Of a stretch of 64,000 nt of DNA, positions 40,090-53,541 are shown in pieces. The notes under the pieces were generated by a model. It was not told the origin of the DNA. It saw only the letters and a list, made by a program, of their open reading frames with translations, and ran no database searches. The first letter of the stretch is position 1. Each line of letters begins with the position of its first letter. The translations under genes were made by a program, and so were the position numbers. The stretch comes from Lama guanicoe (Eukaryota), in contig MU053482.1 of the NCBI GenBank assembly GCA_013239625.1, positions 3,371,922-3,435,921 of the forward strand, written 5' to 3'.

Positions 40090-41310
40090 GACACATCATA
40101 ATCACCCAAAGTCCGTATGCATTTGCTTCTTCCATGTCTTTTTATGGCTTGAAATCTCATTTCTTTTTAGAGCTGAATAATATTCCACTGTCTGGTTGTA
40201 CCACAGCTTATCCAATAGCCTACTGAAGGACATCTTGGTTGCTTTCAAGTTTTGGCAGTTATGAATAAAGTTTCTATAAACATCTATGTGGACATAAAAT
40301 TTCAACTCATGTGAGAAAATACCAAGGAGCACAATTGCTGGACTGTATGCATGGTAAGAGTGTGTGTAATTTTGTAAGAATTTGCAAATTGTCTTCCAAA
40401 GTGGCTATACCATTTTGCATTCTCATCAGCAATGAATAAGAGTTCCTGTTGCTTCACAACCTCATCAGCATCTAGAATTGTCAGTATTCTGAATTTTGGC
40501 CATTCTGATAGGCATGTAGTGGTATCTTACTGCTGTTTTAATTTGCAATTCCCTAGTGACATATGATGTTGAACATCTTTTCATATGCTTATTTGCCATC
40601 TGTATATTGTCTTTGGTGAGGTGTCTGTTAAGGTCTTTTGCTAACTTCTTAATTAGTTCATTTTCTTTTTTCTTTTTCTTTTGTTGCTGCAAATAGCATT
40701 ATTTTATTATTTTTTATGGCTGAGTAGTATTCCATTGTATAAATTTACCATAACTTCTTTATTTATTTATTAATTTATTTTTAAACATTTTTTATTGAGT
40801 TATAGTCATTTTACAATGTGTCATTTTCTTTTTTTAATTTAATTTTTTATTGAAGCATTGTTGATTTACAATGCTGTGTTAGTTTCAGGTGTACAACAAA
40901 GTGATTCAGTTACATATTTAATATATAATATATGTTACATCATGTAACATTCAGTTACATATAATATTATATATAAGACATATATATATATATCTATATC
41001 TGAATTGCTTTGCTGTGTACCTGAATATATATATTCTTTTTCAGATTCTTTTTCATTATAGGTTATTACAAGAAATTGAATATAATTCTCTGTGCTATAC
41101 AGTAGGTCTCTGTTATTTATCTGTTTTATATATAGTAGCTTGTATCTGTTAATCCCAAACTCCTAATTTATCCTTCCCACCCAACTGATTCATTTTTCTT
41201 ATTGCTGAGTTTTGAGAGTTCTTTGTATAATTTGGGTAACAGGCCTTTATCGGTTGTATCTTTTGCAAATATTTTCTCCTAGTCTGTGGCTTTTTTACTC
41301 GTTCTCTTAT
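40090..41310 (-). mobile_element. Older L1 carrying two nested younger L1-derived insertions (40672-40820 and ~40835-41186)
   Basis: ORF 40465-40692 reads as ORF2 (KDLNRHLTK..MANKHMKRCSTS); target motif TCATTTT(T)CTT occurs three times. Confidence 0.85.
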
Positions 41311-41959
41311 TAGCTTCACCTTTATAGGTGATAAATGCTACAGATGACTGAGAGCTTATCCTACACAAGCATGGAGCCGAACACCCTACGTATCAAAGTT
41401 CTATGAGGTGCTGTGTTTATTGAGGTTCTTCTGACTGTAAGCAGCAGCAGCCAACTCTGGCTACCTAAGTAAAGAAGAAGTATACTGAAAGGATAATAGA
41501 ATATCTCACACCTGCTGATTTCCCCCTAGTCTTTCCTCCTGGGCGTTGCAGAGCTGTGTGGCTTGGAATATCAGGGGCAATCAAAGTAGAGTCCAGGCTT
41601 CTTGACACCATGCAGGCAGCTCCACTCTCCTGTGGGTAGAAGTGTGATCAAGGTTTAAATTGCACTCCAATTAAGCCTCTCCTCCTCCTCTCTGAGTCAT
41701 CAGGGGAGCATTCTCAGGCTTGGACTGTGCACTTGTGAGAGCTAATACCATTATCAGATGCCAATTCCTCTCACATAAGTAGGCCCATTAGTGCCTCGTC
41801 TGTCTGGCCATGTACTTTCCTGCCACTGCTTGGAGCCACCTCTGCCGCCCCGACAAACACAGAATTTCCAATCAGGCATGCAGAGAAAAATATCATTAAT
41901 GGCAATAATAGTCACTGTATGGTTTTATTTTCTTCCCCATTATTTTCCAGCTCTGTAAC

Positions 41960-42215
41960 TAATAATAGGTAATGTCCACTATATACTCACCTTGTGCCAG
42001 GCACTGTGCTATTTTTACGTGGATTGTCTCATTTCATCTTGACAATAAACCTAGAAGCTAGCTAGGTACTACTTAATCCCGCCCTTTAAGATGAGGAACT
42101 GGAACTTAATAGGGCTAAAGTATGGTGCTGTAGGTGACAGAATTATTATTAAGTACTAGACCCAAGATTTGAACCCAGACAGCCCGGCTTCAGAGCCCAC
42201 ACCACTTAGCCACGA
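41960..42215 (-). mobile_element. MIR SINE
   Basis: TGTGCCAGGCACTGTGCTA..AGATGAGGAACTG..GATTTGAACCCAG. Confidence 0.8.
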
Positions 42216-42318
42216 TTCCTCCTCCTGTTCTGGATGGCCTGTATCCATAAAACAGTAAACTCTAACCATCCTTCTCTCCCTTGAGAGGTGAAATTTTAAT
42301 ATGTCTAGAGAATAGGGG

Positions 42319-42710
42319 TATGGTGGAGACTGCTCATGATCACCAAATACCAGTGCATTCCTGTAAAGTTTCCACCCCCATTGCAGTCGAGTTGAGACGT
42401 GTGATTATGTCTGGCCCATTAGATGTGGGCAGGAGTGCTATATGCCATCTTCGAGCCTGACAAGAAACCTCCTGCACTACCAACCGCTCTCTCTTTCCTG
42501 TCTGTGGTTCTAGAAGTTAAGAACTCCGAGATGGCTAAATTGTTGTTTGTAAGGAACTTGTTACTGCGTGGAAAGGGCAATGCAGAAGAGTTGCCTGACC
42601 TGCATTGGATAGTGTCAGAAGTGAGAAATAAACCTTTGCTGGGTTGGACCACTTAGCGTTTTGGGTTTGTTTATTAACACAGTACAGCTTATTGTTCTCT
42701 GACTAATGTA
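42319..42710 (+). mobile_element. MaLR LTR, MLT1J-like
   Basis: GATGTGGGCAGGAGTG..GTGAGAAATAAACCTTTG..CTGACTAAT. Confidence 0.7.
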
Positions 42711-42981
42711 AGTATTTCCCTCTAAGCAGGGCTCTGCTCTAATAGCCTGATGGTCTGGTGGCTTACTGAGTGGAAAACTAATGTTGGAGACTGGGATTAT
42801 CTCAGCACTTTAGTGCTGAAACATTATTAATTGATCTAACTTGGGAGGCAGAACTCGTGTTTGTTTATATGACAGCTCTAGGAGAAGAGACTGAGAAACA
42901 GAACACTAGTAGGGTATATTGGCTACTGGGGGCTGCAGTCGTCAAGGTATTACAAGAAAAAGATGAGCTCAGGATAGAATT

Positions 42982-45398
42982 GACCAGAAACTGGCAGAAT
43001 GAATGAAAAACAGACACCCACAGTCTAACTATATGCTGTCTACAAGACACATGGATTCAAAGACAGAAATAGGTTGAAAGTAAAAGGATGGGAAAAGATA
43101 TACCATGAAAACAGTAACCAAAAGAAGCTGGAAGAGCTATACTAATATCAGGAAAAATAGTCTTTAAGACAAAAACTGTCACCAGAAACAAAGAAGAACA
43201 TTTTTATTCTTTTGTTTTTGTAAAAAAATCAATCCATCGTGGAGATACAAAACTATAAACATATATGCATCAATGATACAAAAGAGCCCCAAAATACATG
43301 AAGCAAAAAATAAGAATTAAAGAGAGAAATAGTTTTACAGTAATAGTTGAAGACTTCAATACCCCCACTTTCACTAATGGGTAGAACAGACAGATAAAAA
43401 TAGGCAGATGATCAACAAGGAAATAGAGACTTGAACAATGATATAAACAAACTAGACCTAACAGAGAGCAATAGAACTTGCCCCGTAACAACAGCAGAAT
43501 ATACGTTCTTCTCTAGTTTATGTGAAACGTTCTCTAGGATGGACCGTATGTCAAGCCATAAAACAAATCTCAATAAATTGAAAAGTTTGTCATAGTGTAT
43601 GTTCCCCAACCAAAATAGAATGAAATTTGAAAGCCATAACAGAAGGACATTCACAAACGTGTTGAAATCAAACATTTCTTCTGAATAATCAATGAATCAA
43701 AGAAGAAATAACAAGGGAAATTAGAAAATACTTTGAGATGAATGAAAATAAAAACACAACATACCAAAACTTACAGGATACACTCAAAGCAATGCAAGGG
43801 AAATTTATAGCTGAAAACACCTTAAAAGAGAAGAATGATCTCAAATTACTAATCTAAACTTTCACCATTAGAAACTAGAAAAACAAGAGCTAACTAAACT
43901 AAGAAAAGCAAGCAGAAGGAAGGAAATAATAACAACTAGAGCAGAAATAAATGAAATAAAAATAGAAAAATAATAGAGAAAAATCAACAAAACCGAAAGT
44001 TGTTTCTTTGAAAACATCAACAAAATTGACAAACTTTTACCATGAATGACCAAGAGAAAAAGAGAGAAGGCTTAAATTACTAAAATTGGGAATGAGAGAA
44101 AGGACATTGCTACCAACCTTACAAAAATAAAAAGGAATATAAGAAAATACTATGAACACTTGCATGCCAAAAAATTAGATAACCTAGATAAAATGAAAAA
44201 AATTCCCAGAAAGATATAAACTACTGAAACTGACTCAAGAAGAAATAGAAAACTAAAACAGAGTAATTAACAAGTAAAGAGTAACAAGTAAAAAGGAAGC
44301 AAAATTATAACAAGTACAGAGATTGAATTAGCAATAAAAAAACTTGCTACAAAGAAAAGCAGAGGATAGATGTTCATCAAACATTTAAAGAAGAAAAAAA
44401 CTGAGGTAGATGCAATCTTCATGACCTTGGATTAGGCAAACATTTCTTGCATATAATACCAAAGGCACAAACAACAGAAGAAAAAATAGACTTCATCAAA
44501 ATGAATGGACAATATAAAGTGTTTCAAAAGATACTCTAAAGAAAGTGAAAAGTAAGAGAAAATATTTGCAAATCATATGTATATATATTTGGTTTTAAAA
44601 AATACTTTATTTATTATTGTACTATTTATTTATTTTATTTTGGGAGGAGGTAATTAGGTTTATTTATTTTTGGAGGAGGTACTGGAGATTGAACCCATGG
44701 ACCTCTACCACTTGAGCTATTCCACTCCCCAGTAAAGGTCTAATGTCTAGAATATAGAAAGAACTATTACAACTGAACAGTAGAAGGAGAAATAACCTAG
44801 TTTAAAAACGGGCAAAGAATCTGATAGACATTTCTTCAAATAAGAAATAAAAATGGTCGTTAAGCATATGAAAAGATGTTCAATATCATTTGGCATCAGG
44901 AAAATGCAAATCAAAACTATGAGGTACAACTTCCCACCCTCTAAGATGGCTATAATCAAATAGAGACAATGACAAGTGAAGGTGAGGATATGGAGAAATT
45001 GGAACCTCATATACTGCTGGTGAGGATGCCATATAGGATGGCCTTTCTGGAAAAGAGTTGGATAGTCCCTCAAAATCTTCAACATAGAGTTCCTATATGA
45101 CCCACAAAATCCATCCTTAGATATCTTCCCAAGAGAAATGAAAACATGTTCACACAAAAACTTGCCCACAAATGTTCATGGCCCCAAAGTGGAAACAATC
45201 CACATTGTCCATAAACAGATGAATAAATAAACAAAATATAGCATATCTACTCAATGGAATATTATTCAGCCATAAAAAGAAATGAAGTACTAATTCATAT
45301 TACAGTATGGATTGAACCTTGAAAACATTGTGCTAAATGAAAGACACCAGACACAAAAGACCACATATTGTATGATTCCATTTATCTGAAATGTCTAG
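42982..45398 (+). mobile_element. Decayed L1M ORF2: endonuclease region joined to C-terminal region
   Basis: CTATATGCTGTCTACAAGA and AATAGTTGAAGACTTCAATACCCC endonuclease motifs; jump to late ORF2 near 44400; many stops and frameshifts. Confidence 0.88.
44600..44730 (-). mobile_element. tRNA-derived SINE (camelid-type) with internal deletion, nested in L1
   Basis: Minus strand GGGGAGTGGAATAGCTCAAGTGGTAGAG (A box), GGTTCAATCTCC (B box), AAATAAACCTAATTACCTCC and A-rich tail. Confidence 0.8.
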
Positions 45399-45479
45399 CC
45401 GTTCTAATGTCTGCTCACTGGCATTTCAGCTTTGTAACACCAGTGTATTCAGCAGTGTCATACCAGTGTAGCTGTGGAA

Positions 45480-45772
45480 CTGTGGCCACTGTGGGTCTCC
45501 CCCGTGGGAGTGTTTACTGAAGTTATCCTAATTCCTGGCCCATCACTGCATTCTTGTATGTTGGCACGGGTGGGAGATAGACGACTTGCCTTTTTGGTTG
45601 ACAGGTCTTCAGTCTAAGAGAAGTCACATTTGTTCCTGACAGAGCAGACTACAAAATGCAATGGCAGATTGGATTTTGAATTGTTTTCCATGAGGAGCAG
45701 TTGAAGGTGTTTCATTTGTGGGAAGAAGGGAGCAAAGGGATATTTAATGACCACAGGAGTACACTATGGTGG
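45480..45772 (-). mobile_element. ERVL LTR fragment, LTR40-like
   Basis: GACTTGCCTTTTTGGTTGACAGGTCTTCAG..TTTGTGGGAAGAAGG..GACCACAGGAGTACACTATGGT. Confidence 0.45.
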
Positions 45773-45809
45773 GGAGGCTTGCCATGGGCTCTGCTAAATT
45801 TTTCAGTCT

Positions 45810-46520
45810 GCAATGTTGGCCAGTAATTTTGCTTTCCTGTACTGTCTTTCTGATATCAAGGTATCAAGGTTTTGCAAGCCTTATAAAATGAGCTTGGATG
45901 TTTCTCCTCTTCTATTCTCTGGATGCATTCATTTGGATCAGCATTATTTATACCTTAAGTCTTTGCGACACCATTTGGGCTTGCAGGTTTCTCTGTGGAA
46001 GAGTAATGTCAGAGCCAATTTCTTTGCTAGGCATAGCACTATTGGTATTTTCTATTTCTTCTTGTGGCAAGTTTGGTAAATTGTATTTTAATGAACTTGA
46101 ATATTTCATCTAAAATTTTCAATTTATTGCCATAAATATGGGCACATAGGATGCCAACTTATTGGTATAAAGTTATTTATAATATTCTCTTTATCTTTTT
46201 AATGTATGTAAGGTCTGCAGTGATATCCCATTTTGTATACGTGATTTTGGTATTTGTATTCTCGCTCTCACTTTTTTTCTCTCTAGATCTGCCGTGCCAG
46301 GGGTTTATTAATCCTATTAATCTATTCAAGGAACACACTTTGCACTGTTGATTTTCTCTATTGCATGTCTTTTTTCTATTTCGTTGATTTCTGCTCTTAT
46401 CTTTATCCCTCTATTCTAGTTTGGCGGGATTTAATTTGCTGTTCTTTTTCTAGTGTTTGAGTTGGACACTTAGATCATTGGTGTTCAACCTTTTATATTT
46501 TTTAATATTTACATTTAAAG
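45810..46520 (-). mobile_element. Old L1 ORF2 fragments
   Basis: TTGATTTCTGCTCTTATCTTTAT..TTAATTTGCTGTTCTTTTTCTAG. Confidence 0.7.
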
Positions 46521-48579
46521 GTGAATAGGCTAGCTACAGCCGAGCTTATCTCGGCTAATAAAGAGGGCTCGTCTTACATCAGCTCCTGTATTGGTCCATA
46601 TTGCAGTTTGCCAAGGCCTCTTCTCCTTTATTTCCCCAAATATCAGTATTATGAGATTGCTGTTATAAGAGGCTTTTACTGAAGAGGTTGGGTAGTGGAG
46701 GGGTATTACAGCACAGTACACAATAGGAAACAAGTTTACATTGAATATGCCTTCCCCTCCAGCCCACAGGAAATTTTCCCTTCTCTCTCTTTTTGGTTTG
46801 GCCCTACCCTGTTGCTAAGTTGTTGGGTTCCTTTCTCTATTTAAACTCTTCCCACACAGTTCATATTTTTTTCTCTACCCATCCCTCCTATTCCAGAGCA
46901 TCTCGAGGTGTGTGAGGAAAGCACAAACAGTAAGGACAGAGACTGTGAATTCCTTGACAGACTTCAGAGATCTCTGGCAGGAATGGAACGTGGCAGTGCA
47001 TTCAGGCCTAACTCATCGGGACGGGTAGAGGACAGATAGATCTAATTTGAAGCAAGGTGGGGGGTGCTGTATTAGGGGACAGGACCATTAATATCATCCA
47101 GATCTTATTCCACTTGCTCTCTGGAGAAGGGCTGAGCGGAAGTCCAGACCCTGGGGGAAAATGAATGATTCAAGTTAGAGCCCACTGAAGCAGGGGTGGG
47201 GTGGAGGGGTCCTGGCACTGGAGTGCCTGCATGGGGTCTGGCCCCTCTAGAACTTTGGCAGAAAGAATAAAGATGCTTACAAAAACAGCATGGGGAAGAC
47301 ATTCTTCTCCACTGACTTCCAGACTATACTCACATGGAAGGAATGTTTGAGAGAGACAGAACTGGAAACATGCAGGAAACACAAGGGGTTGAGGAGGGTG
47401 GGCGTGAGGAATTTTAAAGCAGGTTTGTTATAAATTCAATAAATGCTGGAAAAGTGACAGGATTTGGAAAAGTTAATTTGAAAACATCACCACCTTGGAA
47501 CACTATATCTGGTTTTATTTACCCAGGCCATGTGGTACTTCCCTTAGTAAAATAAGGAATTTATAGGCATTAGATATCGAGCTTTTATTGTGTAAACATA
47601 ACAGAATGTCCAATCATGAATACAAGACAAATCAAATGGGGGGAAATGACTTGGGTATTGTTCCTCTAAACTCTCCCAGGGCCTTTGCACATGCTGTTTC
47701 CAATGTGCAGAACCTTCTTCTCCTTCTTCATACCTGGAAGGATGTCAAGTTTTCTTGTTAGGCTCTGATGCAGCTGCCGTACTTTTCCTTCCAGCGCTGT
47801 CACTTTTGGAGTTACGTGTTCAGGTGGCCATTTGATTAATGTCCTGTCTTGCTAAATAGCTGTAACCTCCATGAAGGCAAGAACTGTTCTGCTGACCTTT
47901 GTTACTCCAGGACCTAGCGCCTGACACCTGCTAGATACTCAATAGATATGTCATGGATGACTGCCTGGAGGACTTTTAGAGCATGTCAAGTTTAGACTAG
48001 CTTCCCAAGTAAGAGAAGGTGAACCATAGAATATGATTCTGCTAGCCTCGGGCCTATATTGCACACATTGCTCTGTGTAAACACCTTCTGACACCACACT
48101 AGCAGGGCGGGAGCGTGTGTATCAGTGTGGTGACTGCTGACATTAGGACTTCACAGGGAAGGATAGTGAAGACTTAAGTCAGGTAGAGTCCTGCCCTCAC
48201 AGCACAAAAGATGCACAATTCCTTTGATTCACCTGAAATTGCCAAAAGGTTAATCCTTAACTTGGAAGTCTCGGGTCTGAGAGTGGTTGCTACAATTATA
48301 CAAATACCCCGGTGCACTGACACCAACTTGGAGAAGATCTGAGGTGGTGAGGATATCTAAACTGCACTGTGTTGTATTTTCCCCTGCTTTCTTTAATGTG
48401 AGAGTTTAGGCCTGGAGTAGGCAAGTTAATCATGAAAATCTATGGCAGTTACGTTTGGATGTTACAGAGATGCTCAATGTGGCCAAGGGGAGACACGTGA
48501 GAGTATGATATGCTGGCTTCATTAAAAGACATTTGGCATGCGTCCTCTGCCTTCTATTCTTCATTCCTTCCTTCTTTTG

Positions 48580-49491
48580 TCTTTTTTTTTTTTGTGGTAA
48601 GAACACTTAGCATGACATCTACCCTCCTAACAGACTTTTCAGTGCACAGTGCGGTATTGTTATCTGTATCTGTTCAGCACAATGCTGAACAGCAGCTCTC
48701 TAGAACTTACTCATCTTGCATAACTGAAACGTTATACTTGCTGATTAGCTACTTCCCATTTCCCCTCCCTCCCCCTAGCCCCTGGCAACACCATTCTATT
48801 CTTTGCTTCTATGGGTTTGACTATTTTGGATACTCATGTAAATGGAATCAATGCAGTAATTGTCCTTCTGTGACTAGCTTTTCACTTAGTGTCATGTCCT
48901 AAGGTTCATCCATGTTGTCACATATTGCAGGATTTCCTTCATTTTTAAGGCTGAATATTATTTATTCATTGTATGGAAATTACACATTTTCTTTGTCCGT
49001 TCATGCATCAGTGGACATTTAGGTTGCATCCCCATCTTGGCTATTGTGAATAATGCTGCAGTAAATACAGAGTGCTACTATCTCTCTGAGATCCTGATTT
49101 CAGTTCTTTTGGATAATGGTGCAGAAGCAGGATTGCTGGATCATATGGTAATACAACTCGATACCACCCCCCACCCAAGAACCCAATTTAAAAATGGCCC
49201 AAAGACTTGAATAGACATTTCTTCAAAGAAAACATATCGATGGCCAACAGGTACATGAAAATATACTCAGTGTCACTAATCATCAGGGAAACGCAAATCA
49301 AAATCACAATGAGATATTACTTCATACTAGTTGGGATGACTATTATCAAGAAAACAAAAGGCAAGTGTTGGCAAGGATGTGGAGAAATTAGAACCCTTGT
49401 AGACACTGTGGGTGGTAATGCGGAATGGTGCATCTGCTATAAAAAATAGTATGGATGTTCCTCAAAAAGTTAAAAACAGAACTACTGTATG
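48580..49491 (-). mobile_element. L1MA-type element with 5' inversion
   Basis: Minus-strand 3' end 48580-49151, then plus-strand ORF2 piece (ORF 49207-49449); both pieces end at the same AACTACCATATG region. Confidence 0.85.
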
Positions 49492-52400
49492 GCCTTTCCT
49501 CCCTCTTGCTCCATGAAACAGACGTAATGGCAGAAGATCTAGCTGTAGGCATTTCTTAGCAAAGGAAGGAGGACTGCTAACTCCCACAAAGATGAGGCCA
49601 CACTTGAGGGCAGGTAGGGTGGTGGCTGGAGGGAGTCTGAGGATTTGTGAAGTGCCCATAATTCCCAGCTCTGGACTATTTAGTGAAGGAAAGAGAAAGA
49701 CACTTCTCTTATTTATTCCATTGTTGTTTTAGCTCAATTGAATCTAATTCCAGCTGCTACATTTGAGAATACTAAGTTATTGGTGGAGCACAAGCTTTTG
49801 CTATGTTTATTTAGAAAGAATCTGAACTTCGCCGTATGTCACTGGAAGTTGATCTGGCTCAAGGCGGGGCTGTCTGGAATGTGGCTGTAGACGTGAACTA
49901 TGCAGGTGGCCAGGGACTGGGGCTTACCTTTGGGGAACAGTTGACAGGTGGTAGATAACAGTGACTTCCACCTGATTTGTTTCTCTTTCTCAAGGACTCA
50001 CCCTTTAGGGAAATCGTGAGCTATGGGGACTTTGGCCCACCCTGAGCTGTTTGGGGCTCATCTTGTGTTTTCTCCAAGGTTTCTGAGGATTCCTGAGTGG
50101 AGCTTCTGTATCATGGTGACTTTGGGTTCTCATTCCTCGTTATCTAAGGATCCTCTCTCTTCTGGAAGCTACTCTCCTTCCTTTCCCAGATTCTTCCAGC
50201 ATGGAACAGACTCTTCCTTCTTTGTTCCCTCAGGGTACCTTTTAAGCTATTGTGCCTGCAACTTTGGGGATAGTTAAATAGTTGATAAACAGCCATTTGC
50301 CCTGGGCCTGTTTACACTTCATGGTGCAAAGAAACAGTGAAATTATGAAATAACAAAATTTCACAAAACATTCAATGTTTTTTTGGTTCTTTCAATAGTT
50401 TTTTTTTATTGTGGTAAAACATAAAGAACACAAAATTTGCAGTTTTAACATGTACAGGGTCACATGTACGATTCAGTGGCATCAGTAACATTCACAAATG
50501 TTATACAACCATCACAATGTTCTGATTTTTTGATTTCCCAAGTCAGAATCTTATGCCATTATCCTCAATGCGACCATAGTTAGGCTCATTCTTAAATAAC
50601 AGGAATTCAGGAACTGGAAAAATGCCTATGCTTCACTCAGATACAATTTAAGCTGCTCCCATTCCTCCAGATATTCCTGGTAGAATCCATAGAGCTGAGG
50701 ATGGACTGGGTGTCCACAGTGCTGTCATTACTGATGGTGGCCAGCCTTCTGGAGTTTGTCACTCAGCTGGGAAGCACACGCTTGGGACAGGACAGCTATT
50801 GACTGTTGGTTCTGGTTCAGCCTTTGACCTAATTGTTCATTAAATGATCGGGTGGGCAGTTCTAAATCAGGGGTTGGGAAGAGGATAGTCTGGGACTGGA
50901 AATGTTAGATGCTACTGCCAGGACTGGGAATGAGCGTGGCCCAAGGAGAATGTGTGGGCGTGCGTAGCAGAAAGTCTCCATCCCTAGGAGACAGAGGTCA
51001 CAGCCTCACCTGAGGCTCTACTCTGTCCATGTCCCTATCACCCCTCCAGAATAATTCTGGAAGGCTACAGTCATGCTAGAATTTGACACCTGAGTTTTGA
51101 ATTATAAAGTAAGAGATGAAGGGAGTTGGGGCAGATGATTTGGGGCATTCAGACAATGAGTTAAATGTGCCAGGCTATCTGAGGCTGTGATTCACATCTG
51201 TAAAAGTCCAAGTGCAGAGCCTCAGCAGATGGTATAATGATTAGGCTGATGGGAGAGTTTGGAGAGTGTGAAAAGCACACAAGCATGGGAATGAATTGGG
51301 GGTGAGCTGGAGCGATAGCCGAGCATTATCTTGTACAGAGTCCTGGAGGGAAGGCAGAGACGACAGGCCGTTCTTAAATGGGGAAGGGAACTGCTCCTTC
51401 CCAGACTTCAGCTTAATTACAGAGACCATCTGCCCATCAGCAGGCAGGTGTGTCCTGGGAAGCATCCACCCCTGACTACCGAGAAAGTGTTCTATGGTCA
51501 TGTGCTATGGGCCCCAAGCTTCCAATACGCACTCATGGACCTCCCTTCCCTCCAGTCCAGAGAGGAGTGGCTGAGGGGTCTAAGCCCAAGGCCCCCAGTC
51601 ACCCCGAGCCTCCACACCATTCCCACTTCTGAGCTGTGTCTCTCTCACTTCAGGCCTGGGCATGGGGACCACACATCCCCCACTTCTGGTCACAGCAGTT
51701 CCATCTCCAGTCCTGAGTGAACATGCTATGAGTCTAAGATCTAGCTCTCCCACTAATTTTCAAAATGTTCAGGTTGGACTCTTTCCTTTCTAGAAACCCA
51801 TTTCAGGAAGAGGGAGCCAGCTGTTAGTTGTAAGGGGACCCACTGTCAGACTTCAGCTTGCTCTGGGCTGATTGACTACATGGAAGTTAAAAACTCTTGG
51901 GGAGGGAATTGAACCTCCAGCTGGAGTGGAGAGGCAGGTGCGGGGAAGGCTATACCCCCATCACACCAGGGCATCAGTAGGGGCCACAATGCCCTTCCAC
52001 ATATGGAGCCAGGAACATTGCCCTGGGCACTATTCTGTCAGCCACCAGAACTCCTGATGGACCTATTGCTGCCCCGCTGTCAGACCACATGCCATGATTT
52101 CAGTCCACTCAATTAGTAGAATGCCCCAGGGCACTTTGCTTTGAAAACTGGACATATTTGATGAGGCTCTGCTAAAGCACTCTCAGAAGCAGAACCCTCT
52201 CTTACTGCCTCCTGGGGGAAGATTTTGGCTTCTGTAGCTCAGGAGACAGTAAAAGGAGACAGAGAAATGGGTTATTTGGAGGCTGCCAATCCTGTCTTGG
52301 AACAATTATGGAACATTTACCCAGAGGAGGGTGTTAGTAGGGGCTGGGAGGATGGAGCACAGACCCCAAACACCTCTGGGTTTCCAAAAATGCTCAAATA

Positions 52401-52753
52401 ATCCCCATCCCCCAGTGGGATTAGGAGTCAGAGCACTGTTGGAGGTAACCCACAGCTTTGTCCCAGTGCTCACCAAAGCGTTCACGTCTGAATAATTGGA
52501 GGGAAGGGCAGATTGGAGGAGGCGGGGAGAGGACTCAGGAGGTCTGCCCCTGGGGGCAGAAGCATGGAGAAGAGCCTGGTGGTGCCGCTGGGGGCTGAGG
52601 GTGAGGTGGGGGAGGCAGTTGTGTTGGCAGAGATGCGTTGGTGTTCACATTGAACTGAAGCAATGGAGGGATGGATTAAATCAGTGGTCTTCAAGGTGGG
52701 TGTGTAGGTAGATGCCCCATCGGACATAAAAGAAAAATTTAAACCTCTATTTA

Positions 52754-53161
52754 CACGTGCATACCTTGGAGATATTGTGCGAATTCAGTTCCAGATGACC
52801 ACAATAAGGCGAATATCACAATAAAGCACATCACACGAGTTTTTTGGTTTCTCATAGCATATGAAAGCTGTTTATACTATACTGTAGACAATTAAGTGTG
52901 CAATAGCATTATGTCTAAAAAATAATGTTCCTACCTTAATTAAGAAATACAAAACAAAAAAATTACAACAGTAACATGAAATATCACCGATCACAGATCA
53001 TCATAACAAATATAATAATGAAAAAGTTTGAAATATCTTGAGAATTACCAAAATGTGACACGGAGACATGAAGTGAGCAAATGCTGTTGGGAAAATGGTG
53101 CCAGGAGACTTGCTTGATGCAAGGTTGCCACAAATCTTCAATATGTAAAAAACGCAATATC
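52754..53161 (-). mobile_element. Tigger1-derived non-autonomous element (Tigger1a-type)
   Basis: Both Tigger1 terminal regions (CATACCTTGGAGATATTG and GGTTGCCACAAATCTTCAA) joined across an internal deletion. Confidence 0.85.
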
Positions 53162-53268
53162 CCAGGTGGTAGACAGAGTATATCATCTATCAGTTAACTG
53201 AACTAATCTCACAAAAGGGACAAGTGGCTTGAAACGATTCCCACAAAGAAATCCATAGATTGAAAATT

Positions 53269-53541
53269 CAGTTGGCCCTCTGTAAACATGCGGATTCAAC
53301 CAACTCTGGATGGAAAATATCTGTAAAAAAAATTCGAGAAAGTTCTAAAAACTAGAACTTCAATTTGCAGTGTGACTGGCAACTATTTACATAGCATTCA
53401 CATTGTGTTAGCTATTACAAGTAATCTAGAGATGATTTAAAGTATACGGGAGGATGTGCATAAGTTATATGCAGATACTATGCCATTTTATATAAGGGAT
53501 TTGAACATCCATGGACTTGATTACCTGCAGAGGTCCTGGAA
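53269..53541 (-). mobile_element. MER2B-like Tigger MITE
   Basis: GTAATCTAGAGATGATTTAAAGTATACGGGAGGATGTGCATAAGTTATATGC signature. Confidence 0.85.

Noticed and set aside
44641..44730. tRNA gene
   Set aside because: Has A and B boxes but lacks the anticodon arm and carries a SINE tail.
42982..45398. Possible functional endonuclease/RT gene
   Set aside because: Frameshifted, stop-riddled L1 relic with the RT region missing.
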